IMG/VR virus record: IMGVR_UViG_3300045988_149737 | Strand: one strand, 5' to 3' | Source: a virus | Lineage: Duplodnaviria; Heunggongvirae; Uroviricota; Caudoviricetes | DNA length: 64,000 nt | Shown here: piece by piece, positions 1 through 9,718 of the stretch | Position numbering within the stretch: the stretch's first letter is position 1 | How the letters are laid out: the number at the start of each line of letters is the position of its first letter | Notes under the pieces: generated by a model | What the model saw: only the letters and a program-made list of their open reading frames with translations | The model's database searches: none | What the model was told of the DNA's origin: nothing | Position numbers and translations under genes: made by a program

Positions 1-303
1 TACCCAAAAACTGTCATTGAATCTATTAACGCCAAAGTAACGGCTAACCAGCGTACTCTGCAACGTCAGCAGGAAGTAGAACAACGTAAAGCTGAGGCGA
101 ATATGCTGCGTGAACAGGCTAATGGTGAAGCTGATGCTATCCGTGCTCGTGCGCAGGCAGAAGCAGATGCCATTCGTCTGCGCGGTGAAGCTCTGCGTCA
201 AAACCCGAACGTTATGGAACTGGAAGCCATCAATAAATGGAATGGCCAGTTACCGCAGTACATGACTCAAGGGGCTAACACTCCTTTCATTACAGTGAAA
301 TAA
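1..303 (+). CDS. SPFH/band-7 (prohibitin/HflK/C-like) protein, C-terminal fragment; 5' end lies outside the window
   Basis: Frame is open from nt 1 (YPKTVIESINAKVTANQRTLQRQQEVEQRKAEANMLREQANGEADAIRARAQ...); the coiled Ala/Glu/Arg-rich C-terminus resembles band-7 proteins; followed by a terminator. Confidence 0.5.
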   Translation, partial: YPKTVIESINAKVTANQRTLQRQQEVEQRKAEANMLREQANGEADAIRARAQAEADAIRLRGEALRQNPNVMELEAINKWNGQLPQYMTQGANTPFITVK

Positions 304-318
304 CTCCCCTAAAAAGTT

Positions 319-346
319 CAGGCGTCCAGTTGGACGCCTTTTTTAT
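319..346 (+). terminator. Rho-independent terminator (approximate bounds)
   Basis: GC hairpin aggcgtcca-gt-tggacgcct followed by a T-run directly after the stop at 303. Confidence 0.6.
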
Positions 347-365
347 CGCAATTATCTTATTAAGA

Positions 366-378
366 AAACAATTTGTTT
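366..378. promoter_or_regulatory. AAACAA-N-TTGTTT palindromic operator/promoter element upstream of ORF 395 (approximate bounds)
   Basis: aagaaaacaatttgtttaa about 20 nt upstream of the start; member of a dispersed motif family (see findings). Confidence 0.45.
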
Positions 379-394
379 AAAAGGATAAGAAAAC

Positions 395-820
395 ATGACA
401 GCTATTAAGAAACTCTACGATGCCGCAAACGTGGCTCTGGATGTTATTGATGATGAAGTAGCAAAAGGCTTTCCTGAACCTGATTGGGCGCATCAGCTAC
501 GAAACGCTATCGCAGAAATGACCCCACCAGATCCAACCCCCGACGAGACAGACTGGCAGCGATTCATCCGTATGTACGCTCAGGAAATAGGTCCAACGCC
601 AACGGCAGAGCAGGCAATGCTGCTGAAATACTTCAAAGAGGCGGGAGAGGATTTACCAATTGATGACTCAGCATATTGGTTCCACTGCGCATGGCGTAAG
701 TATGACGTGATATTCACACAAGGCATGGGAAGCAAAGATATGGTTGTGTGGCATCTACTCCATATAGACACAGCCGTTGACAGAGTTATTGAACAGTTTT
801 TCCCTAAACAAGAAGATTGA
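395..820 (+). CDS. hypothetical protein (141 aa)
   Basis: ORF preceded by conserved motif and an AAGGA-type RBS. Confidence 0.55.
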   Translation: MTAIKKLYDAANVALDVIDDEVAKGFPEPDWAHQLRNAIAEMTPPDPTPDETDWQRFIRMYAQEIGPTPTAEQAMLLKYFKEAGEDLPIDDSAYWFHCAWRKYDVIFTQGMGSKDMVVWHLLHIDTAVDRVIEQFFPKQED

Positions 821-875
821 TCGCCTATTCATAACTAACAAAATAAGTAAACACTAACCACAAAAGGAAAAACAC

Positions 876-1151
876 ATGAGAGTTTTAGTTCGAATCGTTA
901 CCAGCACTGTCTATGACGTGTTTCCGCTTTTTATGGTCAAAGCCGATGGCCTTAACGACGAAGAAACTGACGCGCTGATCCAGCGTATTCTCGTTGAATA
1001 TACAGGTCATGACGCTGATTCAGTGATGGTTGATGATGATGGTGTTTGTTGGCATAACGGCAACTGTTGGTACGTAGAAGAGACTCAACAAATCAGTGAT
1101 GAAGATGCCGCACATCTTGAGCGTATTTTAAGCATCAGCACTTTTGAGTGA
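876..1151 (+). CDS. hypothetical protein (91 aa)
   Basis: ORF preceded by conserved RBS context aaaggaaaaacacATG. Confidence 0.5.
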   Translation: MRVLVRIVTSTVYDVFPLFMVKADGLNDEETDALIQRILVEYTGHDADSVMVDDDGVCWHNGNCWYVEETQQISDEDAAHLERILSISTFE

Positions 1152-1366
1152 GTTTACAGTAAAATTTATATAAGTTAGTATCTACCTATCATGAAGATTT
1201 TTATTGAATACTTGTTACTCATCGTGTCAATAGCTTTTGTCATCGACTGCATTTTCACTGGTGTCATTCGTAAAGTCTTTTCCCCGGTGAACGACGTAGT
1301 CATAAACGCTTTGGCTATCGTGCTCGTATTTAATTCAGCATTTGATGTAATCAAAGAGGTGGCAGC

Positions 1367-1702
1367 ATGAAGGCCATCCCATTCGCGCTGTTGTTCCTTT
1401 CTTCGATCGTTGTGGCCGACACCACTGTTTATCAGTGTGAAATGTCTGTAGCCGACGTTAAGAATGGCGCTCTTACCGACGTCATAAAAGCACCATATGG
1501 AGCGATGGTCGTAGACAGCGGCGACCAGTTCTATGTTGTGCGTGACGATCGAGTGTTGTCATCCCCATATCTCACAAATCGTAATGGCAAATTAACCGGC
1601 GTCGGAGAAGACCACTTCGTATACAACAAATACAAGGGCTTCTATGGCGTTCACGCTTCTCAGCAAAGCTACCTTTTCGATGACTGCAAGGAGGTTGGAT
1701 AA
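1367..1702 (+). CDS. hypothetical secreted protein (111 aa) with N-terminal signal peptide
   Basis: N-terminus MKAIPFALLFLSSIVVADTT is hydrophobic and signal-peptide-like; RBS gaggtgg upstream. Confidence 0.5.
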   Translation: MKAIPFALLFLSSIVVADTTVYQCEMSVADVKNGALTDVIKAPYGAMVVDSGDQFYVVRDDRVLSSPYLTNRNGKLTGVGEDHFVYNKYKGFYGVHASQQSYLFDDCKEVG

Positions 1703-1914
1703 TGGCATTAACACTGGCAGGTCTGGAAATCGAGAAAACAAGCGGCTACTGGCGTGCTAAGGGTTTCAAGCAGCCTGGCATTCTTGAGCGTCTGGAACGT
1801 GAAGATGGGTATATCGTCCACCAGCGGCGTGAATGGCGTATGTACGATCCAGAAACAGGAAAACTGACTACAAAAGCCGGAACACTTTGGGGTCTGTTGA
1901 AGAAAATACACTAA
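1702..1914 (+). CDS. hypothetical protein (70 aa)
   Basis: ORF overlapping the previous stop (ATAATG coupling). Confidence 0.4.
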   Translation: MALTLAGLEIEKTSGYWRAKGFKQPGILERLEREDGYIVHQRREWRMYDPETGKLTTKAGTLWGLLKKIH

Positions 1915-1920
1915 TAGCAC

Positions 1921-2400
1921 CAACCACTGCGGTGAGTAGTCTGCTCACCGCATTCGTATCCAGCTCATTATCCACTGTAGTCAGTAACAAAACCTTCCTA
2001 CATATCTGCTAACCACTGTAGCGAGTAGACAGCCTTTCATTCGCATCAAACAACCACTATGGTGAGTATTGGAGTGAGATGTCCAGCGGGTATCCACTAT
2101 GGTGAGTAAGCCTTTGCTGTTTTCAGTGGATATCCACTCGCCACAGTGGATACGCTCAAAGATGAGGGCGACAACAACCACTATAGACAGTAAATTTTCC
2201 AAGATACCCAGTGACCACTAACCTCGCAGCCCTTGTTTCATCAGTGTTAGTGATCACTAACATTTAATTCAGTATTTGCATTCTACTGCCTACAGTGGTT
2301 ATCAACAGATAACGATACTCACTATAGTGGATAGCGAATTACAGATATAAGTAAGGCTCACTACAGTGGATAGTGAGCCTTACTACTAACTACAGTGGTT
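1921..2400. repeat. Iteron array downstream of repA (about 11 copies of the CCACTATAGTGGATA family, both orientations); incompatibility/control-locus-like
   Basis: Repeated ccactgcggtgagtag, ccactgtagtcagta, ccactatggtgagta, ctcactatagtggatag, ctacagtggtt at roughly 20-45 bp spacing. Confidence 0.6.
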
Positions 2401-2403
2401 GGG

Positions 2404-3459
2404 CTATTTGCGAGTCTTTGCCTTGCGCAACTCTTCGAGAAGCGCCAGTTCTTCTTTACTCAACATGACCATTTTGCCTTCTTTTTCGTCAGGCACAACG
2501 TCGATAATGTCATCTTGATTCTCATCTGGGAGGCTATATTCCGTCTCATCATTATCGATTTTTGTTGATATTTGTGCCTGGCGTAACTTTGGCCGCCTAT
2601 AGTGGATGACGAAGTAGACCGAGTTTCCGCGCTTAACTTCCGTGTAATCGAGATATCCTATCTCTCGCAGCTGTTCCATAGCCTTTCTTACCGTCGCATT
2701 CTGAGTAATAGTGCGACTTGTTAGATTAAGTCTGGCGCGTAAACGGGCTAGTGATATTGGTGCCGGATCAGGCGGCAAACTTTCAATAAAAGTATAAAGC
2801 GCCTGAGCGGATTCTTTTCTTGAGAGTTCGTTTATAGCCCGGAGTTGCAGAAGAACCTTTTTGTCGAACTGGTAGAGTTCGAAAATCTTGGGATCTGCTT
2901 TCAGTTCGACCGTATCGTGCTTGACACTATATTTTGCCGTTTGCACAAGATGCGTTACGTAAAACTCATCAGAGCCTTTGCTACGGAACGAGATGGTATT
3001 TGTGGCAATACGGCTTAGCGAACTGTCCAGGCGTTTGCGTAACTTCGCTGATGACCTGGCGGTCGGAATGCCACACAGCCTTACAAACTCAACGAACGGC
3101 AACGTGACAGTATCGCCAACGACCTTGTGTTTGGCAAACGCGTGGATTATTCCCACCCACGTTTTAAAGTCGTTATCCATATCAAGCCGAAGGCCAGAGA
3201 TCCTTATGTCTTCGTACCCTTCGGCTTTTGCCAGAGACAGCTGTTTGAGTTCAGCAGAGGCATCCATAGAGACCATTTGCCCCTTTCTTCCTCTGGATGT
3301 CGATTTCAGCGTCGGAACGAAGAGGCCCAGACGCATCAAAGCAACAGGCTGAACAGTGTTATTAGTGTTAGGAACCAACATAACAACTTCGCCTGTCTTT
3401 TTATCTGTTTCTGAAAATGCTTCAACGATCGCTATGTTTTTATTGCCGTTTTCGCTCAT
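2404..3459 (-). CDS. repA: Plasmid-type replication initiator (RepA/RepFIB-like, 351 aa)
   Basis: Sole large ORF flanked on both sides by iteron arrays, GATC clusters and an AT-rich stretch, which is the classic iteron-plasmid architecture; not checked by sequence search. Confidence 0.55.
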   Translation of the reverse strand: MSENGNKNIAIVEAFSETDKKTGEVVMLVPNTNNTVQPVALMRLGLFVPTLKSTSRGRKGQMVSMDASAELKQLSLAKAEGYEDIRISGLRLDMDNDFKTWVGIIHAFAKHKVVGDTVTLPFVEFVRLCGIPTARSSAKLRKRLDSSLSRIATNTISFRSKGSDEFYVTHLVQTAKYSVKHDTVELKADPKIFELYQFDKKVLLQLRAINELSRKESAQALYTFIESLPPDPAPISLARLRARLNLTSRTITQNATVRKAMEQLREIGYLDYTEVKRGNSVYFVIHYRRPKLRQAQISTKIDNDETEYSLPDENQDDIIDVVPDEKEGKMVMLSKEELALLEELRKAKTRK

Positions 3460-3499
3460 TCCAAATGTCTCTTGTTATTCGACGGCTTTGGTGGCCTTT

Positions 3500-3630
3500 G
3501 CTGATTACAGTGGATAGTAGCACTCATCACAGCGGTTATCCTACCGTCTATAGTGGTTTTTCTCCTCTCTATAGTGGTTGCTTTGCTCCCTATAGTGGAT
3601 TATTCGCTCTCTATAGTGGATATCGATCAT
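3500..3630. repeat. Origin iterons set 1 (about 6 copies of CTATAGTGGAT/T at about 21-bp spacing)
   Basis: ttacagtggata, tcacagcggttat, tctatagtggttt, tctatagtggttg, cctatagtggatt, tctatagtggata. Confidence 0.6.
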
Positions 3631-3893
3631 GTCTGAAGGCAGATGGCACAACGGTTTGAGGTGGGCGGGGATCTTATTGGGTCTTTATGGGTCTCTTTGG
3701 TTCTCTTTGTGATCTGAATTACTGGATCGGGCCTGTGGATAAAAATCAGAGGATTTCAAGAACAGGTAACTCTACTCTTCTGTGGATATTTAAGGACATA
3801 AGAATCATGACTAAGAGTAGAGTTTAAAATATATCTATGTATATCAGTATGTTAATGAAGAATTAAGTCATTAAGTTATCCATAAAAGACAAT

Positions 3894-4015
3894 GTGCTCT
3901 ACTCTCTACAGTGGATATATACAGCTCTCCAGAGTGGTTGTTTTACTCTTCATAGCGGTTATTCAGCTCTCTACAGAGGTTTCTTTGCTCTCCATAGTGG
4001 ATGGCAACACCCTTT
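3894..4015. repeat. Origin iterons set 2 (about 5 copies)
   Basis: ctacagtggatat, ccagagtggttg, tcatagcggtta, ctacagaggttt, ccatagtggatgg at about 22-bp spacing. Confidence 0.55.
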
Positions 4016-4039
4016 CAGACCAGTAACCGCAACGGCTAG

Positions 4040-4115
4040 AGGCGATCGGGGATCTCTTTGGATCTTCTATTTGATCTTACTTGGGATCTCTTATTTGGAT
4101 CTATCCAGTGGATAA
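4040..4115. repeat. GATC-rich direct repeats (GGATCTCTTTGG about 5 copies); likely Dam-methylation cluster of the origin
   Basis: ggatctctttggatcttctatttgatcttacttgggatctcttatttggatct; a related GGGTCTCTTTGG set lies near 3675-3720. Confidence 0.5.
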
Positions 4116-4202
4116 CTGGGATAAGTAAAACAGGCAAATGCAGATTAAGGTATGCCTAATGAGTTATCGTAGCATCGGCCAATAACTACTGAAAAAACGA
4201 TT

Positions 4203-4847
4203 ATGGATCTAAAACGCACGCGCTGGGTTCGTCGTCTTGAGGACGGCTCCTACACTATCGAATCAAATTCCAACCTGAATAAGCAGAAGTTACTTTGTGA
4301 TATCTGCGGTATAGCGGCGAAGTGCCCGATCTACGAAACCAGAATTAAACTTGATAAGGCTGGTGTGAACTTTCATTTGAATAGTTGTATCAGGTACGTT
4401 CCATTGCTCGCATTTCGTAAACCGATCATCGGATTGGATGCGCCCTACTTCAACACACTCCGTTCAGGAGTAACGTGGCGAGATCGTTTATCACCAGACA
4501 AACTGATTTGCCTTGTATCCGCAGATACAGGAAAAATCATTCGTTTTGGGAAAGTAGACAAGGTTTACTCAGGCCCAGTTGACGAGATGTTGCGGAAACA
4601 CAGCCGGTTTAATCACCTCTGCATGGGTGGTGAGAAAATCGAGAAGGTTGAAGAAGTGATCCGCAAATCCTACGGACACTTCCTGACCAAAGATAGCCTG
4701 CTCACTGCAATCTACATCAGACATGTAAAACGTGAGTTCGACCTTGAATACCATAGCGAAGAAGAACTGAACCTTGTCGATCCACGTCCTAAAGCTGGCG
4801 TCATAAGCATAAATGCAGCGCGTAAAAAGCCCACTGACGCGCTGTAA
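4203..4847 (+). CDS. hypothetical protein (214 aa) adjacent to the origin
   Basis: ORF only; no recognisable motif. Confidence 0.5.
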   Translation: MDLKRTRWVRRLEDGSYTIESNSNLNKQKLLCDICGIAAKCPIYETRIKLDKAGVNFHLNSCIRYVPLLAFRKPIIGLDAPYFNTLRSGVTWRDRLSPDKLICLVSADTGKIIRFGKVDKVYSGPVDEMLRKHSRFNHLCMGGEKIEKVEEVIRKSYGHFLTKDSLLTAIYIRHVKREFDLEYHSEEELNLVDPRPKAGVISINAARKKPTDAL

Positions 4848-5101
4848 CCCTCCAGATCGTATATTGGCGTAGATAGAATCTACGCCCCCTCAAAATAGCT
4901 CTCATAGCGTTCTACAGTGATCCTGTCTTATTTTTAGTCATACAGACAAGCAAAGTTGCGCCACGATAAATAGGTATATACTTACTTATAAATTTTGTAT
5001 ATTAAGGCGCTCGTTTCATTCCTAACATACCGTTATGCATAGTTGTTTACCTCCTCATTGCTCTTAGAATTTGTATCAAAATAACCACAAAGGAAAAACA
5101 C

Positions 5102-6187
5102 ATGACTTTGCCATACGGCGTCATTTCTGACTGCCACTACCACAAATGGGATGCGTTCTCCACGACGAACGCTGAGGGGCTTAACTCCAGACTTGAAATA
5201 CAGTTGGAAGCAACGAAAGAAGCAGCCATCGCCATGAAGAAGGCCGGTTGTAAGTACATGTTGGTTGCCGGTGATACATTTCACGTCCGAGGAACTGTGT
5301 CCCCTTCTGTTTTGCATTACGTAACTGAAACGTACAAGTGGATTATCAACGAGCTTGATCTGACAGTAGTAATGCTGGCCGGTAATCACGATCTTGAAAC
5401 CAACGATTCAGTATATAGCGCCAACGCAGCAGCATCGCTGAGTTCTATCGGCGTGGTAATCGTATGTGGCAAGCGCCCACACTCAATAAAAATTGGCGAT
5501 GTGACTGTCCACCTGATTAGCTGGCGTAACAATCATGCGGAGCTTATCAGCGATCTGAAAGCATTACGTAAGAGCGTAGAAGGTGATAATCATGACGTTG
5601 TTATCCATACATCCATTAACAAAGCCATTCCAACAATGCCTGACGTCGGTATCGATGCGCAGGAGTTAAAGGATATCGGCTTTCGTCTCGTGCTTAGTGG
5701 GCATTACCACAACCACAAAGAGGTCATTCCTGGAGTTATCAGTGTCGGTGCACTGACTCATCAAAATTGGGGAGATGTTGGATCTCTGGCTGGCTACATG
5801 ATCGTAAACCCGGACGGCAGTTTCAGTCACTACGAAACCAGTGCGCCTAAATTCATTAACCTGGAAGATGATGTTGCTGATGACCAAATTCGCGGCAACT
5901 ACGTGCGTTTCCGCGCCGTAATTGAGAACGATGAAGAAGGCATTAAGTACCAGAACATCCTCAAAACAATGGGTGCAAAAGGTGTCGTGTGCAACTTCAT
6001 CCGTAAGTCATCAATGATGGAAGGTACAGCCAGCACAACTGAAACCAGCAAAATCGATAGCCTGGGAGAGTCGGTATCTGCTTATTGCAAGATTGTCCAC
6101 GATACTGACGGCGGATTTGATCTGAGCAAATTGGATATTTTGTGTCAGGAAATCCTCACCGAAGCGGAGAGTTCGGAGGCTGTGTGA
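5102..6187 (+). CDS. sbcD: SbcD/Mre11-like nuclease (calcineurin-like phosphoesterase)
   Basis: Phosphoesterase motifs GDTFH, AGNHD and GHYHNH; immediately upstream of an SbcC-like ATPase. Confidence 0.8.
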   Translation: MTLPYGVISDCHYHKWDAFSTTNAEGLNSRLEIQLEATKEAAIAMKKAGCKYMLVAGDTFHVRGTVSPSVLHYVTETYKWIINELDLTVVMLAGNHDLETNDSVYSANAAASLSSIGVVIVCGKRPHSIKIGDVTVHLISWRNNHAELISDLKALRKSVEGDNHDVVIHTSINKAIPTMPDVGIDAQELKDIGFRLVLSGHYHNHKEVIPGVISVGALTHQNWGDVGSLAGYMIVNPDGSFSHYETSAPKFINLEDDVADDQIRGNYVRFRAVIENDEEGIKYQNILKTMGAKGVVCNFIRKSSMMEGTASTTETSKIDSLGESVSAYCKIVHDTDGGFDLSKLDILCQEILTEAESSEAV

Positions 6188-6416
6188 AGCAAAGTCGTTA
6201 TGGGAGCTTTCGAGACTTTGCCATCACGATGAAAAGACTTGAACGAGGCCAGACGGTGATGTTTCACAAGCCCTACCCGCCACAAGGAAATCCCGTAGCG
6301 TTTTATCTTGGAAGGTTAACAAGAAAAGGCGTATTGAGGCGCAGATCCTTCCCGGCGCATACGGAGTTCAGATTGAAAGAAGGCCAAAAGCTAACACGCG
6401 GTATCAGAGGTGTTAT

Positions 6417-8333
6417 ATGAAGTTTTTAAAGCTCCAGGTTGAGAATTTTATGGCTATCGCCAGCGCGGAGGTCGAGTTAGATCAGCGTGGTTTAGTGCTT
6501 ATTCAGGGTGTTAATAGTGATGATAGTTCCGCATCAAGTAATGGCTCTGGAAAGTCAACTCTAATGAATAGCCTGATGTGGTGTCTTTATGGCGAAACAG
6601 CTCATGGTGTGAAGGGTGACGATGTGTTGTCTACCGACCATGAAAAGAACTGTCGTGTTGCAGTAACCATCGAGGATGAAGGCAAGAGATACGCAATCAT
6701 TCGTCACCGTAAACATAAAGAGTTCAAAAATCGTCTTATCGTTCGTGGTGAAGATGGCGATATGACGAAAGGCAAAGATGCGCTGACGCAGGAGTTCGTC
6801 GAGCGTCTGATCGGTGCATCTAAAGAGGTTTTCATGGCTTCCATCTATGCGAGCCAAGAAGCTATGCCAGATTTACCTGGAATGTCCGACAAAAACCTCA
6901 AAACCATCGTAGAAGAAGCCGCTGGCGTTGACAGACTGACACGCGCCTACGCTATTGCTCGTGAGCGAGCTAATGCAGCTGCCGCACGTATGGATGTGGT
7001 TAAAACCAAATTGGAGTCGACAATCTCGACCATTGAGGCAACACAGTCAGAAATTGAGTCAGCGAAAGCCTCCTCTGAATCATGGGAGCAAGAGCGTTCT
7101 AAACGTTATGACGATGCCCTGGCTGGGCTGGCCAGTGCCGAAGTTGAGTTAACGGAAGTTGAACTTGAGATCCGCACTCTTCCCGAACAGATACGTGATA
7201 CCGAGAAGGCAATCGAAAATGAGCGCAAAAAGTTAGCCTCAAAAGAAGAACATGACGCCAAGTTGCTCAAAGTTCGTGGTGCGATAACTGATATTCGGGC
7301 AAGCATCAAAGCTACAGAAAATAGTCAGGCTGATGCAATGACCCGCGCGCGTAATTTTAAGACCAAAGCAGAAGAGGTTGGTACTAAAGTGGGATCACCA
7401 TGCCCTACTTGTGGCAAAGCCTACTGCGAAGAAGATCTATCAACGGTGAAGGAGAGTTTCATTGAACAAGCACGTCAGGAAATTGGTCAGGCTAAGACAC
7501 TTGCAGAGGCAATGGCTAAACACAAAACGAATCTTGAGAAAGCGTTAAGCATTGAGTCTGCCCTTGTTAAAACGACACCTGATGTAACGGCTATCATTGC
7601 CCGGATTGAAGAGCTTACGAAACAACTCTCATCTTTGCGTCATCGTGAGAAGGAGGTTGTTGCTATTGAGTCTCTTGTGACTCGTGCTCGTACTGAGGTC
7701 GATCGTATATCAAAAGAGATTAATCCGTTTATTGCTCTTATCGCCAGACACGAAGATAACCTGGTATCCAGTAAGTCTACCTTCAAGTCCTTAAAAGATG
7801 AGTTGAAGGCTATTCAGGAACAAACGTTGCTATTGGAAAAAGCTCGTCAGGTCTACTCTCCTGCCGGGGTGCGTTCTCATATTTTGACGTCTGTTACGCC
7901 TTTCCTGAATACACTCACAGCCGAATATCTCAATACGTTGTCTGACGGGAACATTACTGCTGAGTGGTCGACGATGGATGTCACTAAAAAAGGTGAGTAT
8001 CGCGACAAATTCAACATTAGTGTGCAGAAGAAAGGTTCAAGTAAGTCGTTCCAAACCCTCTCTGGTGGTGAGAAGCGGAAGGTTCGCATTGCGTGTTCTT
8101 TGGCATTGCAGGATCTGGTTAGTAACCGGGCGAGTAAAAACATCGATTTGTTTATCGGCGACGAAATTGACGATGCACTCGATACAGCCGGTCTTGAACG
8201 CCTCATGGGTATTCTGGAGTCCAAAGCTCGCGAGCGAGGTACTGTGCTGATTATCTCCCATAAAGAGATGAAGTCATGGTTCAGGGAAACTATTACGCTG
8301 GAAGTTAAAGAGGGGCGCAGCTATGTCGTTTAA
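6417..8333 (+). CDS. sbcC: SbcC/Rad50-like ATPase
   Basis: Walker A NGSGKST, long central coiled coil, ABC signature LSGGEKRK, Walker B DLFIGDEIDDALD. Confidence 0.8.
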   Translation: MKFLKLQVENFMAIASAEVELDQRGLVLIQGVNSDDSSASSNGSGKSTLMNSLMWCLYGETAHGVKGDDVLSTDHEKNCRVAVTIEDEGKRYAIIRHRKHKEFKNRLIVRGEDGDMTKGKDALTQEFVERLIGASKEVFMASIYASQEAMPDLPGMSDKNLKTIVEEAAGVDRLTRAYAIARERANAAAARMDVVKTKLESTISTIEATQSEIESAKASSESWEQERSKRYDDALAGLASAEVELTEVELEIRTLPEQIRDTEKAIENERKKLASKEEHDAKLLKVRGAITDIRASIKATENSQADAMTRARNFKTKAEEVGTKVGSPCPTCGKAYCEEDLSTVKESFIEQARQEIGQAKTLAEAMAKHKTNLEKALSIESALVKTTPDVTAIIARIEELTKQLSSLRHREKEVVAIESLVTRARTEVDRISKEINPFIALIARHEDNLVSSKSTFKSLKDELKAIQEQTLLLEKARQVYSPAGVRSHILTSVTPFLNTLTAEYLNTLSDGNITAEWSTMDVTKKGEYRDKFNISVQKKGSSKSFQTLSGGEKRKVRIACSLALQDLVSNRASKNIDLFIGDEIDDALDTAGLERLMGILESKARERGTVLIISHKEMKSWFRETITLEVKEGRSYVV

Positions 8334-9066
8334 ATTAAGCCGCTCGCAGTTTTTGCAGGTATTTGCAGTGATGCAGTCGATAAAACTGATCAATGGGCAT
8401 ACTTCCAATGGTGCGGCTCCACGTATTCTGTGGGGCAGCAACAATATTGACGGAGTACAATTCGCCGCGTTGCTTGGTCTAATATCCGAGACACCATTGA
8501 TGCAAAGTTTGAAATCACTACCACCTGGATGTATTGCGCCGATCCTGATTAATCCTTTTGTTGAGGGGGGATATCTTCCCAACGTCGGGCCTGGGTTTAT
8601 TGCATCCCATGAAACTGAAGATCTTAACATTAATAGCGAAGGGTTCTTTGGGGGAATGGGTGCGCATCACTGTATGGCTTTCACGAACCTTATTCGACTT
8701 GCCAATAAGCGGGTGGATAGTTTGGCATCGCCAGGTGATGCTTTTACTGGTTTCCTTATCCAAAGGAGGGATAAAAAGTACAGTGCGGACAAACTACAGT
8801 TTGTTGGTAAGTATGGGGAAATGGTGGAAATCGAACTTCAGCTCCCTCATGTTTTAGCAAACGATAGTGCAGACAGTCGGAGGCTGTTGGGCATCATGCG
8901 TCATTTCATAGCAAGTGGCGTTAAACATGCCGTAGATAAACGTGTCACGCAGGAAAATGAGTATTCAGACTTTGCAAACTATCCCCAACCAACGTTGCAA
9001 ACGGCAATAGTAACCAATTCGTTGGAGGCGAGATTATTGGAAAACCCTATATGGGGAACATGGTAA
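8323..9066 (+). CDS. hypothetical protein (247 aa)
   Basis: ORF translationally coupled to sbcC. Confidence 0.5.
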   Translation: MSFKLSRSQFLQVFAVMQSIKLINGHTSNGAAPRILWGSNNIDGVQFAALLGLISETPLMQSLKSLPPGCIAPILINPFVEGGYLPNVGPGFIASHETEDLNINSEGFFGGMGAHHCMAFTNLIRLANKRVDSLASPGDAFTGFLIQRRDKKYSADKLQFVGKYGEMVEIELQLPHVLANDSADSRRLLGIMRHFIASGVKHAVDKRVTQENEYSDFANYPQPTLQTAIVTNSLEARLLENPIWGTW

Positions 9067-9075
9067 GGAGACTAT

Positions 9076-9645
9076 ATGAGTAAAAAAATCAGCGTAGTTG
9101 GTGTTGATCCCTCAATGAGCAACTTTGGGCTTGCTGTGGGCACTTTAGACCTTGAAACGGACGAACTTGAGATTCACGGCCTTACTCTTGTTGAGACTAA
9201 AGCGGGGAGTAACAAAAAGACCGTTCGTGTGAACAGTGACGATCTGCGCCGTGCCAGTGAAATATGGCGTGTTGCGAAGCCAATCATTGATAAGGCAAAT
9301 ATGGTTTTTTGTGAGCTACCGGTTGGGAGCCAAAACTCTCGTTCGCAGACGTCTTACGGTATTTGCATCGGTGTACTTGCGTGCGTAGATAAGCCATTGA
9401 TCCAGGTTACTCCAAACGAAATTAAACATTTTATCGGCAATAAACTTACAACATCGAAAGAAGAGATTATCCAGTGGGCTACGAAAAAACACCCTAAAGC
9501 ACCGTGGCTGCGTCGTAAGCAATCTGGACAGGATGTTCTCGTGAACAAAAACGAACATTTGGCTGATGCGGTGGCTGCCATCCATACCGGTATGCAAACA
9601 GATCAGTTTCGCCAGGTGCGCGATGTTCTCAAGTCTCTCATTTGA
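9076..9645 (+). CDS. RuvC-like Holliday junction resolvase
   Basis: RNase H-fold motifs VVGVDPS...FGLAV, CELPVG, EHLADAVAA (D/E/D catalytic pattern). Confidence 0.6.
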   Translation: MSKKISVVGVDPSMSNFGLAVGTLDLETDELEIHGLTLVETKAGSNKKTVRVNSDDLRRASEIWRVAKPIIDKANMVFCELPVGSQNSRSQTSYGICIGVLACVDKPLIQVTPNEIKHFIGNKLTTSKEEIIQWATKKHPKAPWLRRKQSGQDVLVNKNEHLADAVAAIHTGMQTDQFRQVRDVLKSLI

Positions 9646-9718
9646 TCTCATTGATAGGTAAGTGCTTATCTATTAATATGGGCCACTAAATATAGTGGCC
9701 CTCTTTATTTGGTGATAC

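Noticed and set aside
2978-3659. Plus-strand ORFs 2978-3352, 3127-3414 and 3417-3659
   Set aside because: Antisense to repA or lying within the iteron array; the last is a translation of repeated iterons.
1921-4125. Possible CRISPR array (regularly spaced short repeats)
   Set aside because: Repeats are 12-19 bp iterons with variable sequence and orientation, about 21-bp periodicity, no uniform spacers and no cas genes; they flank a RepA-like gene, so they are plasmid iterons.
5033-5389. 118-aa minus-strand ORF
   Set aside because: Antisense to the promoter region and 5' end of sbcD.
6142-6420. 92-aa ORF between sbcD and sbcC
   Set aside because: Overlaps the sbcD 3' end, Arg/Gly-rich with no RBS for either candidate start; more likely the sbcD-sbcC junction is simply non-coding.
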